Below the pieces are notes generated by a model. It saw only the letters and a list, made by a program, of their open reading frames with translations. It made no database searches and was not told the DNA's origin. A program made the position numbers and the translations under genes. DNA of 64,000 nt, the filler included, from Circinaria calcarea (Eukaryota), in NCBI GenBank assembly GCA_051942165.1. It is 8 parts of 8 records of this genome, joined end to end, with 100 filler letters (N's around TTAATTAATTAA, not from the genome) between each part and the next. Parts side by side here need not be neighbours in the genome. Positions count along the whole stretch, not along the records: positions 48,672 to 56,659 come from JAVECS010001194.1; positions 56,760 to 64,000 come from JAVECS010001377.1; 6 more parts are not named here. One strand, written 5' to 3'. Of the stretch, positions 48,803 to 59,850 are shown piece after piece; position 1 is the stretch's first letter; the number at the start of each line of letters is the position of its first letter.

Positions 48803-50587
48803 GGTGGAGATAACTATCTTTGTTCGTGGTGAGAGGATTGAGTGTGATGGAGTAGAATATTCGATCTTCTTGATCTCTTATATAGTGTTCTTCAGCCTCC
48901 GATATTCTCGGTTCGTTCCATACTCCCTGCAAGGCCTATTTCAAATCCTCCCGAGCATACGTGCTATGCTAATACGTACTCGTATTACATCATGGTGGAT
49001 CTCACATTGAACATGCATATCTCACTCCTCCGAGACAGCACCCACTCAAATGCCACCTCGGGCCTTCAATGGGATTCCAAAAACCACGTGCTATCAAGGT
49101 TTGTTTCTCACAATCGCAGGCTTCCCTGGATCCAGCTGCGCTAGCCTATTAAACATAGACTCAAAGTAAATAGCCCTGTCGTATTTCAGCCTACCTGGAG
49201 TAGAAGCCCAAGTGCACAAACCCATTTTTGTCAGCCAATTACATGTTGAATGGCTTGGATAGTCCATGAGGTAATGGAGATCTCCGTACACCGCGATCTG
49301 TAGAGTGGCATTTTGACATTTTATATCGCGGCATCCGGAGCGTAGCTTTCCGGGGTTACACAAAACGCTTGAGCCGCGGCGCTAACAGCCCCACGACGTG
49401 GTTGGGGAATAGAAGATGCAAGGGTCAGCGTAGCATTTTCTAATCCCGGCTGAGGAATAAGGTACCACAACCGGAGCGTCCCCGGACACTTTTCTTTCGC
49501 TAAGCCGCTCCTGTATAAAGTATCCGGAGACTATAAACGCGCGCTCTCTTGTCAGGGGAGCGCATAAGACATAGACGCAGAAAAAGCGGTGAAATCGCGA
49601 ACCACGACGGGGTCGAAAAAATATCCTACAAACCTAATTGCCAAGTAACCTATATTTTGAGTACGTAAAATGCTACTCCATTTCAAATTGAAACGAACCA
49701 CGACTGTTGCTGGACGTCATACAGGCAGTCTGATGCAAATGTTGTTCCTGCCATGACCAAAGTCTGAATCAGACCTGAGCCTGAATCCTGGCTGTTTGTA
49801 GCGGTCGAGAGTGGGAACAAGGAGAAGAACGTGCATCGAGAGCGCCTCTTTGCCTCGGCAGTACAACGTAACGTCCATTTAGGTAAGACCTCTTCAGAAG
49901 CGGCGATTACTGCCCCGGAATCTGGGATGGCAACGGCAACGGCAACGGCAATAGTAGTGGGGGGCAATGGTGGTGGTGGTGGTGGACCCGGATTCTGAAT
50001 TGGCATAGAGACTGAAAGCAAAGACGGAGACTAGAGATGCAGCCAATTGTCAAACGTCGTCATGAGGATTTCGCCGACGGAGGACAGGCCGACGACTGAC
50101 ATATCAGCAAAACACGCCCCTTGATTGATAGGTAACTGACAGCCGTGAGTTTCGCTCGTTCCAGCCCGAAAAAGAAAAGAACGATTTGCCAGTCCCGTTG
50201 AAAGCAGCACCAACCCAGCTTCCAGGTACAGCTACTCACTTTCTTGCATCGCTTTGAACCTTTCCTCCGAAAAGGTGACATGGGCCATCGTCTCCGCTGC
50301 ACTAAAGTCGATCTATTTGACACGGCCATGTCGCACCACAATGTTCGATGCTCGTACGTCTCTAAGCGCGATCGCCGCACTATGAATTCTCCATAGTCCG
50401 GCACTAAGCTCGTTAGCCATTTTCAGTGTTACATCTCCTCCGAAAGATCGAATAGAATTCCTCGAAAGCGATCGTGCTCGGTCTTAGTACATTCGTCCGA
50501 CCAGAATGGGGGTGGCTTAGCGCAAACACCACTGTCAGTACATTTATGTGTTACATACGGGCTATGCCCACATTGTTCTTCCTTCTT

Positions 50588-50760
50588 CATAGAATATATG
50601 GATGACTATGCAATCATAGTAATGTCAATGCGATTTCCTCTGTGCTTCCTCCACATAGAATATGTGGATCACTATGCAATTCAAAGTGATGTCAATGCGA
50701 TTTCCTCTGTACTTCCTGTTCATAGAACATATGGATCATTATGCAAGTCCTCTGTGCTAT
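50588..50760. repeat. Imperfect tandem repeat, 66-67 bp unit, about 2.5 copies
   Basis: Units begin CATAGAA(T/C)AT(A/G)TGGAT(G/C)A at 50588, 50654 and 50721; the first two share ATGTCAATGCGATTTCCTCTGT. Confidence 0.85.
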
Positions 50761-51763
50761 TATTGCACGTTCCAACAGGAGAGGCACCTCGATGAGTCGA
50801 CTCAGCCGTAACAGCAAGGTGTGTGGGATTCATTCAAGTCTTGCTCGATTAACCGCGCGTTGGCGCGGCACATCCTTTGAACGAAATTATCAAAATCGGC
50901 CATCCTTGGCCTTCCTCCGGAGCTTGGAGAGATAGATATCGGGGATTCGAGAACCCGAACTGGTGAAAATCAGTGTCGATTGCACATCTACACCCTTGCT
51001 CAACCTGCCATTTTCACCGCGAAAGTCTTTTTCTCCATGCGGATTTTGAGTACGTAGCTGGTGCCTCCGCCTCCAAGATAATCGTATGAGCCGGAAAGAG
51101 CCATCGTTTAGGGGGAAGGGGGTTGGAGCCACAGGAAGCTTGGGCTTTCGGTTTGGATGGCGGGATTATCCTTTTGTGCGTTGTATACAGATGTTGGGCG
51201 GAAAGAGTTCACAGACGATTGTGGGAGAGGGAAGGAAGACCGCGCTTGAGGTATTGTATTCCTGTACAAAGGCTATGGTAAGGTTTGCCACTCGGTAATG
51301 TTGGATTGGGGGCCCCGGACTTTCAGAGTGAGCGGAATAGTCAATCCCCAATTCCATAGGCGGACTGTAGTCCTTGAATATCAATTTGGTGGTCTGGTCT
51401 GTAGGTTAAACTCGCTTAGAATTTGTATGATAGGGCTGGGAGGGCTGTTTTGTCACAGGAGCCAAAATTTTAATTGCTACTCTACCGCAATGTTCCTGCG
51501 TGTGACAATCAAACTTTAAATTATAACAGTCTTGGCGGTTCGACAAGCTAAAACACGTAGTTTATCTAATCCAACATTACACAGCTTTCTGATCCAGTCC
51601 GGTCTAAGCTTGAAAATAGAGAGACCCGACATATGCCACCACTGATATCTAAATTTATTCATGTCTAGTTCTCGACTCTTTTCCCCCTAATGTCTGTGAA
51701 TGAGACAGGTGTTTTGGTTTGTCGGAGCAAAATGGCTACACGTTCCGCCCCGTGTCGTATTCT

Positions 51764-53039
51764 TTAATATTCCCTTTCCACAGTGTTCTTGTGAATGACA
51801 GAATCTTCTTTCCCAGAAGTTTGCGACCCTCTTGTATGCACTGAGCTTAATGCTTCCGGGAGAAGCTCGAAATCATTATCGTTCAACCGGGAGAGGCTTT
51901 GGTGGTGGTGTAAAGGCCGTATGTCTTGAGTTCGAGTAAGCCGAGGGTAGCTCTGCGCCGCACTGGTCCGTGAAGACCTAGATACGTGATCGAAGAGCAT
52001 TCGAATCAGGGGAGCCAAGGCTGGAAGGCAAGCACAAATCACACCGACATGCATCTCGGCTGTGGACCAGATGATGATGGATACAGTGTTCCAGGTCGGG
52101 TCCGAGAAATCGATTGTTGCATTTGCGCGGACACGGAAGATGCTGATGATCGAGGCGCTGTTGATATGTTAATTTCGAATACCTGGGGAATGCCTGCTCG
52201 GAAGGATGGATATAGAAATGACCCACGCTGTGCCAAGCAGAAATAATCCGCTGAGACCAAACTTCCGCCCTATGGAGAGCTTCAAGTGCCACACCACTGG
52301 CATTGGGAGAAAGAGTATCGCAAAATCAAGAATTATACTGGGGACGTTGGTTGCTATGAAGTAGACATTATCGTCAGTGCAATGGCTGTTGGGTATGGAA
52401 CTATCCCAAATTGCCTTGATGGGAATGCATTGAAACAATGTTCCAAAAAAAGTCCCAATGCCCCAGGCAACTGCTATAATGATGTGAATGTATACCACTT
52501 TGGTGAAAACTTTCTTGACGCTGAAGAGCCGTAGATAGAGACACAAGATAGAGCACTTGACCAAGGTGATGATAAGCGCGTAGGTCATCCCAGTGAAATA
52601 GGTCCACTACAAGAAGCGTTAGATAATACCACATTTAGTTAGGGGAGTAATAAAAAGACACTCATACAAATCTCCATTCTCTAATATAGGTCCGTGGAAC
52701 AACGTCCCGCGCATGTTTGCCCGCACCGTAGTGAACCACTGAGCTTGTCAGTTTACCAGAATCTGTCTGCCTGCAAAATAAAATACCTTGAACAATAACA
52801 AGGAGATTGGCACTCATAACGACCTTTGACAGTCCCATCTAATTCAGTGTTGCGTACGATTTGTTTGGACTGAGCAATAATCATACCGCAGTAACTAATA
52901 CAAGCCAATCATCCCACCATAATTTTAACTTTGAGATTCGTCGTGAGATTAGTCGCAATATTACAGAGGCTAGAGCCACTGTATAAAAGGTGATGATAAC
53001 TGCAAGCAACTTTGGTCCCTGGTTTTCTGGACTGTTCAT
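51764..53039 (-). CDS. PTH11-like (fungal rhodopsin-domain) 7-TM protein without CFEM, 5 exons
   Basis: LRLISRR...LWWDDWL, YGAGKH, LVKCSILCLYLRLF, FQCIPIKAIWD, LDFAILFLPMPVVW and WSTAEMHVGVICACLP; GT-AG introns keep the frame. Confidence 0.9.
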
Positions 53040-54610
53040 GGTGCTTGCTCTATATCGTAGAATTGACTTGAAGCATTCAACAAGGGTTTCGGACAGACGG
53101 TAACGCGGAGACGAATAAACGAGGACAATAATCCTTCTTAGTACCTCACCGATATAGCTCTTCCAAATCGTTTTATAAGAAATACGTTTCGCCTTAGGGG
53201 TGTGCCAGAAGGCGGTCGCGCATGTAAAAGACTTACCCACCTCTTCAAAGACAGAAAAAGAGAATGTGATTCCTCCTGTAGGACTCAACCATAGATCTCG
53301 ACTGGTCGAGGGGCGTCAGTTGCTTGTCGGGTGCAAAGTCGAGCAGGGGATTGAAAAAGCGAGCTCTCCGACTGGTTCAAAATGCAACTTCGCAGTGTAT
53401 CTCGCTAATCCGACACGGCTCGATGCCACACGGGGTTTTATGCTGGCTTCCAAACGGCTTACCATGACAACTGTGGCGTTCATGGCACCAAATGGCCGAG
53501 AGGCTTGTGCGACGTTTCATGCGCTGCCCTCCACAGTAGCAGTAGAAGGATGGAATAGGTAAAGAAGCTCGCACATTTTTAAGGAAGCACTGTGTGGCTC
53601 AAACGACCCGAAGGAGAACGCCGAGTTAATCAAACGCAACCACCACCAGATGCCGAACATGGCCGATAGTTTGCACGTGTGGGGCTGTGGCCCCACTCAG
53701 TATCCGCAGTGTCGGGTTCATCGTGCAATGATGCATACCCCACTCGAGTTGTATTGATCGAGATCCAGCACCCATTGAGACTGGCACGACCCCCACGACT
53801 AAGAGTGCCAGCTGAAGAGGTAGGGTGATGTGGCTTGCGATGTTGTGCCGCAATGACCGCGAACCACTCACGTTCATCATCTTATGATGAGCTTACGACT
53901 TCATACTCGGTACATCTCGTTGTGCTGGGATACGATATGTTGATAGGAGTGAAGAAACGTGTTGGTTGCGCGATTTCCAGCTACCCGGTTACGGGGAGGC
54001 GGGAAATCCGGCCCAGGGAACGCGCTAATGACATTGGGCGCATGCAGGATTCTTCTCGAATCCGGATCGCTACCACGTTATGGAGTAGATAGTAAAGGGT
54101 GGATAGAAATGGAACAAATGGAATCATGCTTGGACTAATCAAGTATTCCGCTATCGAACCTGAAGGGAGGCCTTACAGAACATCCCTGCCTCCGGTCAGT
54201 GAAGATGAGGCTACGAAACCGCTAGAGAAGCCACCCCGTTCTCCAACTGCATTTGCAAATTTCGGCATGCCGCTGGCCCGAGCTGATGGAGGGATCGGAG
54301 GACGGACATATCAATGGCGATGTGGGGCGCCTGATAGGTATGGGTCGGGATGAGGAGGACGATGAAAGAATTGTAGAGATGCAAGTGGCTTTGAAGGCTC
54401 TGAGCTGAGGAGAAGGGGGATAGTTGGGCTAGTTGGTTTTGACTTGCGTCGTTCAGTTGAAATTTTAAGATATAGACAGACAATATTTAAAGTTTATTTA
54501 AGGTCCAGGAAATACGACGTCTTAATGCGATACATTTATTTATAGGGTAAATTCGCGTGTAGGTGAGTAAAAGGTTTATTAATATAAATAAGGGAGTTTT
54601 ATATCTGATT

Positions 54611-54699
54611 GTCCTACTGGCGCAATGGTAGCGCGTTAGACTTCTACTTTCTCAATTTCCGAAATCTAAAGGTTGTGGGTTCGAGTCCCACGTGGGATG
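54611..54699 (+). tRNA. tRNA-Arg(TCT) with a 17-nt canonical intron (54647-54663)
   Basis: Acceptor stem GTCCTAC/GTGGGAT, A-box TGGCGCAATGG, anticodon arm TTAGA-CT-TCT-A|intron|A-TCTAA, T-arm GTGGG-TTCGAGT-CCCAC, T-runs downstream. Confidence 0.93.
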
Positions 54700-55607
54700 T
54701 ATGCTTTTGCGGTTTTATTCACATTTTGGCTCACGTATTATAGCTTAGACCCGATTTGTTCTCAGGTACGAAAGTAAATTGAATTTAATAATTACAGCCT
54801 TTGGTTTAGCTAATACACGGGTTTATGCCGGCCTCGGTGTAGCTAACCTTATATATTTAATCTCCCTATGCTATTTGGCCTTGCTTTTTATCACTTCTTT
54901 TCATAATTATAGTATTAAATACAAATATACCACCGATTTTTATCAACCCAAGGAGGGGGATAGGCCATGCCCGCCAGTGTACCAGAAGTCTTTTCCACTA
55001 GTTGAAGTTTGACGATCCAATCAAAAAGGCCTTTTGATTTTCTATCGGGGGAAAGTACTTTTCGACTTCTGTCCCTAAGCGCCTTTAAAAACGTAGGAAA
55101 GGCTTGATCCGGCTCAAAGGCTGATAACAACGGTTGATGGCTTGGAGTATTATCGATCAATGAAAGAAGAGTGCGGTAGTTCCAATCCTCGTCGAGATTC
55201 CCATACCGTCATAAGAATCACTTTTTGGAAGTGGTTCGTTCTGCTGAGCTCGGAGTTCGCATGCTTCTTGAGCATTATCGGTAGTGAGAAGGCATACGCG
55301 TTGTGGGAAAACAAGGGTTGCTTCTGCTTCGGCCCTGATTTGACCCTGCTGAAACAAAGCCCGTGTGACTCAGCATGCGTGAGGTCCTTTGCGAAAATCA
55401 ATGCATGATATGATGAAAAAGTAGGTGTGCGACATTTTTTAGACGCTGCGGGGTATCACATCATTGTGCAGAAAACATTCTCGTTCCATTCTAGAGGTGG
55501 AAGCCTTGGATGAGATAAATTAAAGTTGCTCGAGCCGAATACAACTACTGTGGTACCCGGCCAGCTCTATCTCCCCCAGAACGCTCTTGATACCTTAATT
55601 TCACAGT

Positions 55608-56659
55608 ATGGGGTCCGCTACTCTTGAGCAAGCTAAAGCTACTGATGTTACTGCTCTTCTGAACAATGTTGCCCTGGTCGGAGAAGCTCTTTCACAAAGG
55701 AAAGCAGGCGCACGAGAACAGCTGATCGAAAACGCCAGACGTTTGATTGCTTCTCTCGAAACACCCGTTGAGGCAATCACTTGGATGGCATGGGCAGAGG
55801 TGAACACCCGGATCTAACGATTTCGAGCATAAATGACCTTATTTCCACTGTGCCAGCCGACTAGAAACACTGCTACCCGAGTAGCCGTGGACTTAATGCT
55901 CTTCGAGCAACTCGCGGATGAGGATGGCCGGGCGAAGAGCAGTATCGAGGTAGCCACCAAGGTCGGAGGAGATCCTGTGTTGATCGGTGAGTTGGTTACG
56001 TCCCTAATAAATGATAAATGCTCACCTGTACTTACCAAACTTAGGAAGGATTTTGAGACACCTTTCTGCCATGCACGTGGTTGCCGAAGTCGAAGTCGAC
56101 CGATTTGCGCCCACTGCTCTGTCCGCGGCCTTGACTGTCCCAAAGTATCGTGATGGGATACCTTTCTGGTGAGCAACCTTAGAAATAGCCTTGAGTCTCT
56201 AACGGAAGGTACAGTTTCGACTGTGCAGGGCCCTCATTTCTCAAGCTTCCCAGTTACTTATCGGAGAAAGAATACCAGAATCCCGAGGATCCAACTAACG
56301 GGCCGTTCCAATACGGCCATAACACGAAACTCTCTTGCAAGGATTGGAGAGCCAAGCACCCAGCAATCCAAAAAGCATTCAACAATCACATGGCCGGATA
56401 CGTTGAGGGCCAGCCTAGATGGATGGACCATGATTTTTATCCGGTAAAAGAAAGGTTAGGGACCGGCCTGAGGGGTAGCTCCGAAGTTTTGATCGTAGAT
56501 GTTGGTGGAAGTCTGGGGCACGATTTGGTTGCATTCCAGGCAAAGCATTCAGAGCTCCCGGGGCGCCTGGTTCTGCAGGATCTTCCGGCCGTCATCAGCC
56601 AAGTAGGTCAGATTGGGCCAGGGATCGAGCCAACGATACACGACTTTCTGACCCCACAG
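55608..56659 (+). CDS. SAM-dependent O-methyltransferase (fungal secondary-metabolite type); 3' truncated
   Basis: GRILRHLSAMH dimerisation region, AFNNHMAG, IVDVGGSLGHDL, GRLVLQDLP and HDFLTPQ; three GT-AG introns. Confidence 0.92.
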
Positions 56660-56759
56660 NNNNNNNNNNNNNNNNNNNNNNNNNNNNNNNNNNNNNNNNN
56701 NNNTTAATTAATTAANNNNNNNNNNNNNNNNNNNNNNNNNNNNNNNNNNNNNNNNNNNN
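56660..56759. other. Artificial contig spacer
   Basis: N44-TTAATTAATTAA-N44. Confidence 0.98.
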
Positions 56760-58312
56760 TACCCATACCCCCAGGTCCTCCCGCACCTCCCATCATCTTC
56801 ATCAACGCCCCCATATCCGGCATGCCTCCTGCGCCACCGAGCCCACCACCAGGTCCTCCCAGGCCCCCAGCACCGCCCATACTCTGCATACGCTTCTGCA
56901 TGGCCGCCATCTGCTGCTGTCTGTTCGCCCCGCCCATGGCCCCCTGCGCACCTTTCATCCCCTTGCCCATACCGCCCATTTTCTTAGCGATGCCAGCCAT
57001 CATGCGCTGCTGGCTGAGGAGATCCTCAACCTCACGGACGGAGGTGCCGCTGCCGTGGGCGACACGCGTCATGCGTGTGGGCTGCGCGATGAAGAGTTTG
57101 CCGTCCGAGTCGAGTTCGGCGTTGGTCATGGAGTCGCAAATGTAGATCATACGCTTCATTTTCTGGGAGCCTTCGGCATCGTCCATACCGTTCATCATGG
57201 CGCCGAGACCCGGGATCATACCGGCCATTTTTGATAAGGGGCCCATTTTCATAATGTTCTGGAGCTGGTCGCGCAGGTCGCGGACGGTGAAGGTACCTTC
57301 TTGGATGTGTTTTAAGGTGTCCTTTTGGTCGAGTTTGAGGGATTGGACATGTTCGACAAGACCGGCCATGTCACCCATGCCAAGTAACTTACTGACAAAG
57401 GCTTGGGGCGCAAAACGCTCGAGATCGAGAAGGTGCTCACCGGTGCCGATGAAGACAATAGGGGTGTGAGTGGCGGCGACCGCAGAGATAGCACCACCAC
57501 CTGAGGCGTTACCGTCGGTCTTGGTGATGATTATGGCTCCGTAGTCAGCGGTCTCTTTAAAGGCTTTAGACTGGGCTTCAGCTTGTTGCCCGATAGTAGC
57601 GTCGAGGACCATGATCGTCTGGTCGGGTTTGACGGCTTGCTGAATCTGGACCATTTCGTTGAAGAGGTCTGCTTCCTGACGATGACGGCCAGAGGTGTCG
57701 ACAATGATGATGTCGAAGCGCTCCTTTTTGAACTTCTCCACACCTTCGCGAGCAACAACGGAGGGGTCTGTTTGAGTAAGGGAGCCAAAGTAGGGAATTT
57801 TAGCTTTGGTGGCATTCTGTTTTAATTGATCAAAAGCACCAGCCCGAAAGGTATCCGCGCAGACGAGGCAAGCCTTGAAGCCTCGGGCCTGGTAATGGCG
57901 GGCCAGCTTTGTACATGTCGTCGTCTTTCCTGCCCCCTGTAGGCCGACGAACATGATAACGTTTGACTTTCCCTTCTTAGGCTTGAAAGGCTCGGCATGA
58001 GGATCGACAAGCGCAACAAGCTGGTCGAAGACAGCTTTTTGGATTACGCGCTTCTTGTTGCTGTGAGGGGGAAGTGAGGAGAAATTCACAGAGGCTTTGA
58101 TGGATTTTCGGAGGTGGCCGACTAATTTGACATTAACATCGGCGGAGAGAAGGGCGGAGCATATCTCCTTGATCATATCATCAAAGGCCTGGGGCTGGTT
58201 AGCAAAGCGACAATCCAACCCGTGCAAAGCTCACCTTTTCATCGATGGTACTTGATCTTGTGAGATCAGAGAGGGCGGAGTTAATCCTCCGCCCTAGATC
58301 TTGGAGTACCAT
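56760..58312 (-). CDS. SRP54: Signal recognition particle 54 kDa subunit; 3' end truncated
   Basis: Exon 1 [17 protein letters not shown]...IDEK, then an intron, then [23 protein letters not shown] and TKTDG GTPase motifs and a Met/Gly-rich M domain. Confidence 0.97.
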
Positions 58313-58536
58313 GATGAATTATGTACGATTCAGTCTTGTAATAGACGATACACCAAAGGCTCCATGGTCATCATACACATATCGCATTAACGTGTAGAGA
58401 GACCGAGTTCACAGGGGGGAGTCTCAGATATACAATGTGGGATGCGGTCACTTTAGCCAATCACAAGCGATCTCAAATTCACCGAGAACCTCTTGGGATC
58501 GCATCCATCCTCGATGAATTGTTCCATTTTCACGCA

Positions 58537-59400
58537 ATGGCTCCCAACCTCTCTAAGAAGCGTAAGCTAGAGGATGGCATGCGAGGAAAGATAACCTCTT
58601 CCTCTAAGAAAGCCCGAAAGCAGCAAAACTACGATAGCTCCTCTTCCCCCTCCGCCGACGAATTCAATCCCGTCGACCTAGCGGATTCTGAAGCTTCTTC
58701 AGTTAATGGCTCTAATAATGCAAACCAAAATTCGAAAGCCACAGTCTCAGCTACCTCCTCCGCAAACTCAGACTCCGAATCCGACAATGCCTCTACCTCA
58801 TCACAGACATCTACGAACCATGCACGGAAGACCACCAAGCGCAATGATCCTCTTGCTTTCAGCACGTCCCTGAACGCTATCCTCTCCAGTAAACTCAGCA
58901 CCTCTAAACGCTCCGATCCTGTTCTTGCGCGAAGCAAGACAGCCATACAGGCTAGTCATGAGCTCGCGGAGTCGAAACTTGAGACGAAAGCGCGGAGAGC
59001 GCTTAGGGATCAGAAACGGAAGGAGTCAGAAAAGGGTAGAATCAAGGATGTTCTTCTCGGTGATAGGGTGTCGTCTAGCATCGCAGACGCTGCTTCCAAG
59101 GACACAGGCATGGCAGCAGGGGAGGATACAAGTGGTATGTCAGCAGCGCAGATTGCAGCGCAGGAGAGAAGGTTAAGGAAGACGGCACAAAGGGGAGTAG
59201 TCAAGCTATTCAACGCTGTGAGGGCAGCACAAGTCAAAGGGGAGGAAGCTGCGAGGGAAGCAAGGGGAAAAGGATTGGTCGGGCGGGGCAGAAGGGAGGA
59301 GAAGGTGGGGGAGATGAGTAAAAAGGGGTTCCTAGATCTGATTGCTGGTGGTGGTGAGACGGGGAAGGGAAATACAAAGAGTGTTACGGTGGAGGAATGA
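58537..59400 (+). CDS. RRP15: Ribosomal RNA processing protein Rrp15
   Basis: DPVLARSK and ERRLRKTAQRGVVKLFNAVRAAQ...EMSKKGFLDLI Rrp15 motifs; basic/acidic N-terminus. Confidence 0.9.
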   Translation: MAPNLSKKRKLEDGMRGKITSSSKKARKQQNYDSSSSPSADEFNPVDLADSEASSVNGSNNANQNSKATVSATSSANSDSESDNASTSSQTSTNHARKTTKRNDPLAFSTSLNAILSSKLSTSKRSDPVLARSKTAIQASHELAESKLETKARRALRDQKRKESEKGRIKDVLLGDRVSSSIADAASKDTGMAAGEDTSGMSAAQIAAQERRLRKTAQRGVVKLFNAVRAAQVKGEEAAREARGKGLVGRGRREEKVGEMSKKGFLDLIAGGGETGKGNTKSVTVEE

Positions 59401-59850
59401 TGATTTTATCACGGATAGAAAAGCTTGCATAGCGCTGGCGTTGCTTACCTTGAGTGGGAGAACGTGGTTTACCTCAGTTGCACAGGTGATGTGTCTCCAC
59501 TCTAGAAGCCCCTCTCAAAAACGTTCATTCTAGAATGCCTTAATACTTGTGCCTGACAGTGCTACAATACAGGTCGATATACTCTGAGTAGGGATTGATA
59601 AGGCTATTCCGAAAGACTTTCTATCACTGCCTTAGACTTCATCATTGGAAACTACAGTCATTGGTGTTGCTTTCAAGACATATGTGCTTTGCATCTTTAA
59701 CTCTCGATGCTGTGCCACCACTGAAAAATAATAACGGCGACAGCATCAGAGCATGACTCTCGGCAATAGGCAATCCCAGAATTTAGGAATTAAGATATCA
59801 GTGCAATCGATATGTAATTTGTTTTAGAAATATAAGTTTTATTTCTAACA

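Noticed and set aside
50588..50760. CRISPR-like array
   Set aside because: Eukaryotic context, contiguous tandem units without unique spacers, and no cas genes.
49683..51520. ORFs with poly-Pro and AVAVAV, plus fragments at 50890-51384
   Set aside because: Driven by GGT and GGCAAC microsatellites or unrecognisable; no domain evidence.
53580..55440. Possible ncRNA or transposon relic around the tRNA
   Set aside because: No telomerase template, snRNA/snoRNA boxes with supporting structure, transposase motifs, LTRs or terminal inverted repeats could be identified by eye.
8018..56759. Regularly spaced palindromic TTAATTAATTAA motif as a biological repeat
   Set aside because: Always flanked by 44 N on each side; a synthetic six-frame-stop linker.
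16234..58312. Apparent ER/proteostasis gene cluster (CCT2, IRE1, ALG3, ATG2, EPS1, SRP54)
   Set aside because: Apart from CCT2-IRE1, these genes lie on different contigs ordered only by length.
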